NCBI GenBank assembly: GCA_000620205.1
Contig: JHVP01000011.1
Span: 128,569 to 160,568, forward strand
DNA length: 32,000 nt
Source of the DNA: Geodermatophilaceae bacterium URHA0031
GTDB taxonomy: Bacteria > Actinomycetota > Actinomycetes > Mycobacteriales > Geodermatophilaceae
Direction of reading: 5' to 3'
The notes under the pieces are model-generated. The model saw only the letters and a list, made by a program, of their open reading frames with translations. It ran no database searches and was not told the DNA's origin. The position numbers were made by a program, and so were the translations under genes. Shown piece by piece: positions 8,167 to 15,172 of this stretch. How positions within the stretch are numbered: the stretch's first letter is position 1; the number at the start of each line of letters is the position of its first letter.

Positions 8167-8339
8167 AGAGAAAAGGGTCCCGACACCTGCAAGTGCTGGC
8201 CACGTAGAAGCTCGACAGCTATCCGTCGACTGAGGGGTCTGCGGTCTGAGTCCTGTGCTCAGGTTCGGTCGCCTTTCGGACCTGCCAGACCCGCGGCGAT
8301 GCCGTCACCCAAGCGCTGCGGCTCCTGGTCCGCCTCCGC

Positions 8340-8570
8340 GAACGATCAGGAAACGTTCAAGCCCTTCCGATCTGCAGCCGCTCCTCCAGCGACAGATACC
8401 GCGCCGACACCGCCCGCGGTGCCGCCGGCGGTCGACCGCCCCGAGGCACGTCGCCACCGATATCCCGGCCGCCGACACACGCCGACAGCCTCAAGCCTGC
8501 GAGAAGGCAGAACCCGACGTCACCAGCTCCCAGAACCGTTGCTGCCTCTCATCCCGAACCCGCCGCCACT
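8340..8570 (-). pseudogene. IS30-family-like transposase remnant (N-terminal HTH region only; frameshifts and stops)
   Basis: Reverse-strand translation across three frames gives WRRVRDERQQRFWELVTSGSAFSQA* / LEAVGVCRRPGYRWRRASG / GGRPPAAPRAVSARYLSLEERLQIGRA*. From memory this matches the ..RFWxLVxxGxSxxxAAxxVGVSxxTGxRWxRxxGG..GRYLSLxEREEI.. N-terminus of actinobacterial IS30-type transposases. No DDE domain follows. Confidence 0.45.
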
Positions 8571-8823
8571 TGGAAACCACCACAACACCTCGCGCTCACA
8601 GGGTATTGCGACGAGCGCCTGAATGCGCCGCCGCCCTCAGGGACACCCGACTTGGTAACCGTGCCAGCACCACATCGGCGGCCATCGCTGTCGACTGCCA
8701 GCTGCTTCGGCCGTGCCCGCTACGTGCCCGTACGACGGGCGCAAAGAGGGCAATCGGACCCATCAGCGGTGAGCCAACTGGGTTGCTGAGCAGCGGATAC
8801 GCAAGAATGGGCAGCTCTGAGAA

Positions 8824-8895
8824 CGTGGCCGAGAGAACTTGGGAACCGCTAAGAGGTAACTCCTCTTCGTGGGTTCGAATCCCACGCCCTCCGCT
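8824..8895 (+). pseudogene. partial/degenerate tRNA-Ser copy (attR); includes exact 29-nt repeat 8867..8895
   Basis: The sequence gtggccga...cttgggaACCGCTaAGAGGtaacTCCTCTtcGTGGGTTCGAATCCCACGCCCTCCG aligns to the D-loop, the 3' anticodon-stem strand, a different but self-complementary variable arm, the T arm and the 3' acceptor strand of the 5368..5454 tRNA. The 5' acceptor strand is missing and the anticodon stem cannot pair. Confidence 0.7.
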
Positions 8896-9363
8896 GGGCT
8901 GTGCTCTCGCGCGTGGGCTGGACAGTGCTGACGTCGCTCAGACGTTCGCGCGGCGAAGCCGCAGCCGTGGCAGCGGTCCGAAGCCCCATTTCCCCGCGCG
9001 GCTCCGCCGTCGATCACGGAGAGCGACGCCCGCCCGAGGTGTGCTGTGCGGTCTGGCCTGGGACGTGCAGCGTCGCGAGGTGCGTACTTCCGCCAGGTGA
9101 AGTCAGTCCTCGCCCGCGGCAGGGGGATGGCCCCCGGTCCGGTTGCCCGCTTGGTCCGCCCCTCGTTCCGCGGAGTCGGTTCCGACGTGACGTGATCGCC
9201 GCGGCCCGCAAGGGTGAGGCGTCGGACTCCCAGGTGCCCCGTGACTTGCGCCGGCGCAGCAAGCTGGCGGTCGGCGGCACCGTGTTGCCGGCCGGCCACC
9301 GTGGCATCCACGCCGAAGTGATCAACTGAGCGCCGGTCTTCCACGATCTCGCCCTTGGATCAC

Positions 9364-9404
9364 GGTCATCGTGGGCGGCCCGGGTCGGACCGCCCACGAT
9401 GACC
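9364..9404 (-). terminator. hairpin terminator of BNR lipoprotein gene
   Basis: Perfect 15-bp inverted repeat ggtcatcgtgggcgg / ccgcccacgatgacc with an 11-nt loop. It begins 8 nt downstream of the stop at 9412..9414 (minus strand). Confidence 0.6.
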
Positions 9405-9411
9405 TCGTCGA

Positions 9412-11694
9412 TCAGGAACCCTGCAGCAGTTCGGTCGGATTGCGGAGCACCCAGATCTCCGGCGCGGAGCCCGAGTTCGCCGCCAGCAGCAGCGAGTCCC
9501 CGTCCGCCGCGACGTCGACACCGGCAAGCGGACGGTTCGCCGGCACTGGAATGGCGCGCCAGTCCTCGCCGTCCTGCGACATCCACACGACGGCACCACG
9601 CTGTCCGTCGGACCCGAGCGTGCCGGCCGCGGCGAAACCGCCGTCGACCACGCGGATCGGGCCGAAGCTGTCGCCACGTTCACCGAGCTCCGTCGCTTCG
9701 AAGGTGACGCCGTCCGTCGTCCGCCACACCGTCTCGCGGCCCCCGCGGAGTCCCTGCAGCAGCGTCGTGCCGTCCGTGGTCGTGCAGGAACTGAGTGACC
9801 CGAACGTGCCGCCGAGCGCTGCCGTGTCGATCTGCTGCCACTGATCGCCGGTCCGCCGCCAAGCGAGCGGACGCTCCTGCGCCTGCTCAACGGCCTCCCC
9901 GACGACCAGCAGGTCCCCCTCGGGCAGCGCGCAGGCCCCGCTCGCCGTGAACTCGCCACCGGGCATGGTGGAGGCGAACGGGCCGACCTCGCGCGCCCAC
10001 GTGACCCCGTCGGCCGACGTCCAGACAGCTGCCTCGTTGAGCGCGCCGGCGTAGAACGACTCTCGGCTGATGCCCACGGCCACCCACATCCCGCCGCTGT
10101 ACGTGACACTGGTCAGCCTCTCCGACCGGGGTGTGTCGAAGCCAGCCACCGGTGTCCACCCGCCTCCCGCTGGACGAAACCAACCGGTCAGGTTCTGCCT
10201 CGAGGTGCCATCGTCCTCGGTCAGGACCTGGGTGCCGAGCAGTGCCGATGCGCCTTGCGGGTCGCCAGCCAGTTCCATCCCCGCGAGACGGTCGCTCCCG
10301 GCCGGGTCCCAGGGCCGATCGGTCACGACGCCACCGCTCACCGTGTAGGCGGCGATGTCCCAGTTCGGCATCCAGTCGCCTGTCGCGGTCGTGGAGACCG
10401 TCCATCGCGAGCCCACCACCACCGGCGAGCTGTCGCTCTGGAACTGCCCGAGGCTGCGTCCGGCATCGTTGGTCCCGAGCATGACCGGGTCGTTGGCCCA
10501 GTGGCCGCGTGCGTCCATGACTCCTACGCGGCCGACGTTCCGCGCGGACTGCGCGATCACCGCAGAGCCGTCATCTGACATGCCAGCGACGGCATTGGCG
10601 CCCGGAAGCTCCCAGTCGGTCGCCGATCCCAGCACCGACCACGTGCCGGTGACGTCGCGCTGCAGCGCGGCGAAGCGCAGCTCATTGTCGACCTGGATGG
10701 TCGCAACCAGCCGGTCGCCGCCCACCGTCGGCGCAGCGAGCCACGCACTGGCACCCTCGTGCCGTGCGAAGCCGTCCCGGTCTTCGTCCAGCGCGGGCAG
10801 TTGCTCGGCGGTCCACTCGATGCCGTCGGCCGACGACCAGGCCGCCGCGGTGGCGAGGCTGTCGGCACCCCAGAGATGGCCGGTCACCACGAACCGTTCC
10901 CCCTGCACGGCGACGCCAGACGGGACCGACGGTCCCGAACCGGGCCCCACCGCCACGCTCCACGTGCTGCCGCCGTCGGTCGAGCGGTACACGACGCTCT
11001 CGTCGGTCCGACCCGGTGCCGCCGCCTGGGCGACGGCGATCACCGTGTCCCCGTGAACCGCCACGCCGTTGAACCCGCGGAACTCACGGGCCTCCGGCGC
11101 ACCGGGCAGGACCATCAGATCGCTGTCCTCACCAGCCCGCACGGCCACTGGCCGGTCATCGCGGTCCTGACCGACGATGAGCACCCCGTCGCCGAGCGGA
11201 ACGGCAGCCCCGGGTTCCACGGCCGCGTCGATGGCCTCGTCCGGGAGCTCGACCACGTCCCAGGCGGAGCGGTCGCTGGACTCGACGAGGAAGGGCACGA
11301 TCGACTCACCGGCCCGCCACGTCGTGCCGGCCACCCAGGTCATCGCACCATCCGTGGTCGCGACGGCGGCTTCGCCGTAGGCATCGGCGGGCAGGGGCAG
11401 GTCCTTCCACCGCCACTCGTCGCCGAGGTCGGTCCAGACGCGGGCGCGGTCGGGCTCTCCCGGGTCAGCGCCCGAGACCGCCAACAACGGCGGCAGATCT
11501 CCGTGCGCGCCGAGAACAGCCCGGACGTCGATCCTCGGTCCGTTCATCTCCGCAGTCACGGGCAGAGCGCTCTGCGACCATTCCGCCCGCTCGTCGAGCG
11601 TCGATGACGCCTCACTCGGACCACAGGCGGTAAGGGTCAGGGTCAGCAGGCCCGCGCCCGCGACGAACGCCCGGTGGCGGGCGGACCAGAACAT
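9412..11694 (-). CDS. BNR/Asp-box repeat (sialidase-fold, beta-propeller-like) lipoprotein
   Basis: ORF 9412..11754. The ATG at 11694 has GAGGAG 9 nt upstream. Signal peptide with lipobox: MFWSARHRAFVAGAGLLTLTLTAC. Asp-box motifs: YRSTDGGSTWS, WSSADGIEW, WTSADGVTW, WRTTDGVTF, WMSQDGEDW. Confidence 0.8.
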   Translation of the reverse strand: MFWSARHRAFVAGAGLLTLTLTACGPSEASSTLDERAEWSQSALPVTAEMNGPRIDVRAVLGAHGDLPPLLAVSGADPGEPDRARVWTDLGDEWRWKDLPLPADAYGEAAVATTDGAMTWVAGTTWRAGESIVPFLVESSDRSAWDVVELPDEAIDAAVEPGAAVPLGDGVLIVGQDRDDRPVAVRAGEDSDLMVLPGAPEAREFRGFNGVAVHGDTVIAVAQAAAPGRTDESVVYRSTDGGSTWSVAVGPGSGPSVPSGVAVQGERFVVTGHLWGADSLATAAAWSSADGIEWTAEQLPALDEDRDGFARHEGASAWLAAPTVGGDRLVATIQVDNELRFAALQRDVTGTWSVLGSATDWELPGANAVAGMSDDGSAVIAQSARNVGRVGVMDARGHWANDPVMLGTNDAGRSLGQFQSDSSPVVVGSRWTVSTTATGDWMPNWDIAAYTVSGGVVTDRPWDPAGSDRLAGMELAGDPQGASALLGTQVLTEDDGTSRQNLTGWFRPAGGGWTPVAGFDTPRSERLTSVTYSGGMWVAVGISRESFYAGALNEAAVWTSADGVTWAREVGPFASTMPGGEFTASGACALPEGDLLVVGEAVEQAQERPLAWRRTGDQWQQIDTAALGGTFGSLSSCTTTDGTTLLQGLRGGRETVWRTTDGVTFEATELGERGDSFGPIRVVDGGFAAAGTLGSDGQRGAVVWMSQDGEDWRAIPVPANRPLAGVDVAADGDSLLLAANSGSAPEIWVLRNPTELLQGS

Positions 11695-12093
11695 CAAGAG
11701 TGAACTCCTCGTTCGAAGCGGCCGTTGCCGTTTCGCCCAGCGTGCATCGGACACTCCGCAGGCAAGGCACAGTGATCGGCGGTCTCACTCGAACGAGGCC
11801 GGCCTGACCTTCCATCGGTCGACCACGGCGCGCGTCCATCCACGCGCCCGCAGACAAGACGAACCGAGGTGTCCCCACCGAGACCCGACGGGGCTCCGAC
11901 CAGCCAGCCCGGCGGCAGAATCGCACGCGCCTCGCGCGCGGTGGACGGATCTGGCATGCCGGCGACCGATGACTCCTGCCCGTCGTCGCAGTCGATCCTG
12001 TGTGCGCGAGGACGCAGCGGATTTCGAGGGACCGGACCCAGGGCACGTCGGTGATGACAGGCGGCCCGCCGGTCACGGCGGAGGGGTGCCGGC

Positions 12094-12492
12094 ATGGCAG
12101 TGATCGAGGACGTCCGGCCGTTGGGCGCCGAACTGGAGCGCTCGTACGAGGTGTACGTGGGCGGCCGGGTGAAGTTCCGCGTCGGGCAGCTCGTCTACGT
12201 GGCGTTCTCCTCGGACGAGAGCGTGATGGGCTTCGCGTTCCCCAGGGAGGAGCGGGAGGCGTTGGTCCGCAGCGACCCGCGCACGTTCCACCTGCCGACG
12301 GCGTCGGACATGCGCTTCAACTGGGTCCACGCCGACCTCGCTGCACTGGACCCGACCGAGGCCCGGGAACTGGTCGTCGACGCGTGGCGCATGGTCGTCC
12401 CGAAGAAGCTGTCGCGTGCCTACGACCTCCTGCACCCGACAGGGCGGGGCGGAGACCTGGCCCGTCCCGGGCGTGGTCAACCTGGAGGTTGA
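12094..12492 (+). CDS. MmcQ/YjbR-family protein
   Basis: ORF 12094..12492 with GGAGGGG upstream. The pattern ..FRVGQLVYVAF..VMGFAFPREEREALVRSDPRTFHLP..DMRFNWVHADLAALD..ELVVDAWRMVVPKKL matches YjbR-like proteins as I remember them. Confidence 0.65.
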   Translation: MAVIEDVRPLGAELERSYEVYVGGRVKFRVGQLVYVAFSSDESVMGFAFPREEREALVRSDPRTFHLPTASDMRFNWVHADLAALDPTEARELVVDAWRMVVPKKLSRAYDLLHPTGRGGDLARPGRGQPGG

Positions 12493-12528
12493 CCACGGGG
12501 TGTGGTCGGTCTAGCCTCGTGGTCAACC
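12472..12528 (+). promoter_or_regulatory. 11-mer repeat array (cgtggtcaacc x2 direct, x1 inverted) overlapping a TTGACC-N17-TAGCCT promoter-like element
   Basis: cgtggtcaacc at 12472..12482 and 12518..12528, with its exact reverse complement at 12487..12497. -35-like TTGACC at 12489..12494 and -10-like TAGCCT at 12512..12517, with a 17-nt spacer. It lies upstream of the CDS starting at 12565. Confidence 0.4.
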
Positions 12529-12564
12529 GAAGAGTTGAGTACAAACCTCGCGAAGGGACCTCCG

Positions 12565-13179
12565 ATGACATCCGCCCCGCAGGGTCCGGCCCAGCAGCAC
12601 GCCCACGACGCGGCCCGGTTCACCGAGCTGGTCCGGTCCGCCTCGCCCGGCGACTGGGCCCGTCCCAGCCCGGTCGCCGGGTGGACGGCTCTCGACGTCG
12701 TCCAGCACCTGGTCGACTGGCCGCGCGGCTTCCTCACCGGCGCCGGGATCGAGCTCCCGGCCCTGGACGTCGAGGCCGACCCCGCCGCCGCCTGGGAGCA
12801 GCACGTCGCCGACATCCAGGCCGTCCTCGACGATCCCGCCGGGCGGGTGCTCAGCAACCCGCACACCGGCGACCGGCCCGTGGACGAGGCGATCGACCAG
12901 TTCTACACCGGTGACGTCTGGATGCACTCCTGGGACCTCGCCAAGGCGCTCGGTCGCGAGCCCGACCTGGGCCAGGAGCGCTGCAGCGCCGCGCTGGCGG
13001 CGATGGAGCCCATCGATCAGCTGCTGCGCGACAGTGGCCAGTACGGTCCCGCCGTGCCCGTCGCCGACGACGCCGCCCCGCAGGACAGGCTGATGGCCTT
13101 CATCGGCCGCGACCCCTCCTGGCAACCCGGCGCCGGGTCGTCACGGACGAGCGTCGGGACCGGGGGAGTCCTCGACTGA
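12565..13179 (+). CDS. mycothiol-dependent maleylpyruvate isomerase-like / DinB-fold protein (TIGR03086-like)
   Basis: In ORF 12502..13179. The ATG at 12565 follows GAAGGGA. Contains WARPSPVAGWTALDVVQHLV (DinB/MDMPI N-terminal motif) and ..FYTGDVWMHSWDLAKALG. Confidence 0.7.
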   Translation: MTSAPQGPAQQHAHDAARFTELVRSASPGDWARPSPVAGWTALDVVQHLVDWPRGFLTGAGIELPALDVEADPAAAWEQHVADIQAVLDDPAGRVLSNPHTGDRPVDEAIDQFYTGDVWMHSWDLAKALGREPDLGQERCSAALAAMEPIDQLLRDSGQYGPAVPVADDAAPQDRLMAFIGRDPSWQPGAGSSRTSVGTGGVLD

Positions 13180-14040
13180 GGTCGGCCGGGCCGCGGGCTG
13201 GGTCGGCAGGTCGCGCACCGAGCGCGGCTCACGGCCGAGCAGCTCGCCGAGCAGCGGGTCGACGCCGGCGAAGAACCCCTGCTCGGCGGCCTGGTACATG
13301 CCGAGCAGGAAGCGGGCGACGAACTCCGGCTGCCCGGCGGCGACCTGGCCGGCGACCCACTCGTCCTCGTCCACGACCACCCGCTCGATCGTCCGCCCGG
13401 TCAGCTCGGACGCGACGGCGGCGATGTCCGCGAACGTCGGCGCCGCGCTCGCGGTGAGCGTCCTCGGGCCCTCGTACCCGCCGTTCGAGGCGACGACGAC
13501 CGCGGCAGCCTCGGCGGCGTCCTCGCGCGCCGTCCAGGACACCGGCCCGTCGGCCGGCACGGCGATCACCCCGGTCTCCCGCCACGGACCCGTCAGCCAG
13601 GTCAGGCTGTGCGCGTAGAAGCCGTTCCGCAGCGACGTCCACGGGACGCCGGACCCGGCGAGCAGCTCCTCGGTCGCGGCGTGGTCGCGGCCGGCGGAGA
13701 ACGGGGTGTCCGGGGCCGCGCCCTGGTGGCTGGTGTAGAAGATGCGCCCGACCCCCGCGGCGACGGCGGCCTCGATCGCTGCACGGTGCAGGCCGACCGC
13801 GTCCGCGGCCGGGTCGCTGGAGGAGACCAGGAGCAGCTGGTCCGCGCCGGCGAAGGCGTCGGGCAGCGACGCCGGGTCGGCGTAGTCGCCGCACCGGACC
13901 TCCACCCCGCGCTCGGCGAAGCGCTGGGCCCGGGTCACGTCGCGTACCGCGACGGCGATCTCGCTGGCAGGCAGGCGCTGGAGCAGGTGGTCGACGGTCG
14001 CGCCGTTCAGCGCGCCGGTCGCTCCGGTGATGACGATCAT
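13141..14040 (-). CDS. NmrA-family / SDR-type NAD(P)H-binding oxidoreductase
   Basis: ORF 13141..14040. It has an N-terminal Rossmann motif (MIVITGATGALNG) and an NmrA-like body. It is divergent from a TetR gene. Confidence 0.8.
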   Translation of the reverse strand: MIVITGATGALNGATVDHLLQRLPASEIAVAVRDVTRAQRFAERGVEVRCGDYADPASLPDAFAGADQLLLVSSSDPAADAVGLHRAAIEAAVAAGVGRIFYTSHQGAAPDTPFSAGRDHAATEELLAGSGVPWTSLRNGFYAHSLTWLTGPWRETGVIAVPADGPVSWTAREDAAEAAAVVVASNGGYEGPRTLTASAAPTFADIAAVASELTGRTIERVVVDEDEWVAGQVAAGQPEFVARFLLGMYQAAEQGFFAGVDPLLGELLGREPRSVRDLPTQPAARPTSVEDSPGPDARP

Positions 14041-14124
14041 GGTCAGCTCTCCCGTATCGATGGAAACAACGGCAGGCTAACCATGGAAACATAGTGATAG
14101 CAACACTGCGTTATCGTTGGAACC

Positions 14125-14856
14125 ATGATGGACGCGCCCAGCCGTCGGAGCGACACGCGGTCGAGGATCGTCGACGTCGCGGCGCGACTCCTCCAGGAGG
14201 GCGGCCCGGCGGCGGTGACCACGCGCGGGGTCGCAGAGGCAGCCGGGGTGCAGGCGCCGGCGATCTACCGCCTCTTCGGGGACAAGGACGGCTTGCTGGA
14301 CGCCGTCGCCGAGCACGTGATCGCCACCCAGGTGTCCAGCAAGGCCGCGGTCGTGCAGGCGGCGTCGGTGGGGGGCGTCGACCCGCTCGACGACCTGCGC
14401 TCCGGCTGGGAGGCGCAGATCGCCTTCGGGGTGGCGAACCCGGGCCTGTTCCGCCTGCTCAGCGACCCCGAGCGGGTGGTGAACTCACCGGCGGCGCAGG
14501 CCGGGCGGCGGGTGCTGGAGTCCCGGGTCCACCGGGTGGCCGCGGCCGGGCGGCTCCGGGTCAGCGAGCGACGTGCCGTCGACGTCATCCAGGCCGCCGG
14601 CATCGGCACGATCCTCACGCTGCTCTCGACCCCGGTGGAGCAGCGCGACCCGGGCCTCGCCGACACCGTGTTCGAGGCCGTCCTCGCCCAGGTCCTCACC
14701 GACGCCCCACAGCCGGAGCAGCTCGGTCCGATGGCCATCGCGGTCGCCTTCCGGGCGATCGCGCCCGGGTTCGACGTGCTGAGCGACGGCGAGCAGCGAC
14801 TCCTCGCCGAGTGGCTCGACCGCATCGTCGGCGCCCCTCGCTCCGGCCGTCGGTAG
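14125..14856 (+). CDS. TetR/AcrR family transcriptional regulator
   Basis: ORF 14125..14856. HTH: RIVDVAARLLQEGGPAAVTTRGVAEAAGVQAPAIYRLFGDKDGLL. Confidence 0.85.
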   Translation: MMDAPSRRSDTRSRIVDVAARLLQEGGPAAVTTRGVAEAAGVQAPAIYRLFGDKDGLLDAVAEHVIATQVSSKAAVVQAASVGGVDPLDDLRSGWEAQIAFGVANPGLFRLLSDPERVVNSPAAQAGRRVLESRVHRVAAAGRLRVSERRAVDVIQAAGIGTILTLLSTPVEQRDPGLADTVFEAVLAQVLTDAPQPEQLGPMAIAVAFRAIAPGFDVLSDGEQRLLAEWLDRIVGAPRSGRR

Positions 14857-14926
14857 CCGCCCCCGCCGCGCGGGTCGGCCTCGCCGATCGCCTCCCGGCG
14901 AGACCCTGACCGGCCCAGGAAGGTGG

Positions 14927-14950
14927 GACGGCCCCGCCGGCCGTTTCTTC
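14927..14950 (+). terminator. possible intrinsic terminator after TetR
   Basis: Stem gacggcc / ggccgtt (7 bp including one G-U), loop ccgcc, followed by a T-rich tcttc. Confidence 0.35.
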
Positions 14951-15172
14951 GACCGACGGAGCCTGGATCGCACGATCTCCCGGGAACGACCGCGTGACCC
15001 GGACCCAGTGTTCTCCGCCGGGTCCTCGACCGGCCAGCCCACGACGCGCGAGGTGACCGGCGAGCGGGGGCAGCCCACGACCGGCGCCGCGTCGCCAGTC
15101 GCCTCACCCCGAAGGGTCCCCTGCTGATCGGTCGTGCCCCAGCATGTGGCGGTGCCTGCCGATCCAGAGGGC

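Larger units (their letters stand above)
5455..8895. mobile_element. decayed tRNA-Ser-associated integrative islet (~3.4 kb), no intact recombinase
   Basis: It lies immediately 3' of tRNA-Ser and ends in an exact 29-nt copy of the tRNA 3' end. Spot G+C counts of single 60-nt lines are 43% (6781-6840) and 55% (7321-7380), against 68% (20041-20100) and 78% (26161-26220) outside. It contains a transposase remnant. Confidence 0.75.

Noticed and set aside
5457-8866. An intact integrase or recombinase for the islet.
   Set aside because: I searched all listed frames and my own reverse translations. Only the IS30-like HTH stub and one very weak TG-R-S string (6022..6258 frame) were found. Nothing supports an intact recombinase call.
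8780-8895. A possible second functional tRNA-Ser gene.
   Set aside because: There is no 5' acceptor strand (no GGAGGGC upstream). The 5' strand of the anticodon stem cannot pair with ACCGC, and the loop reads CTTGGGA. It is a displaced 3' fragment (attR), not a gene.
8255-9344. ORFs 8255..9100(+) 281 aa, 8763..9344(-) 193 aa and 8901..9329(+) 142 aa.
   Set aside because: They cross the attR tRNA remnant and the IS30-like stub. They are Pro/Arg-rich with no motifs and no RBS.
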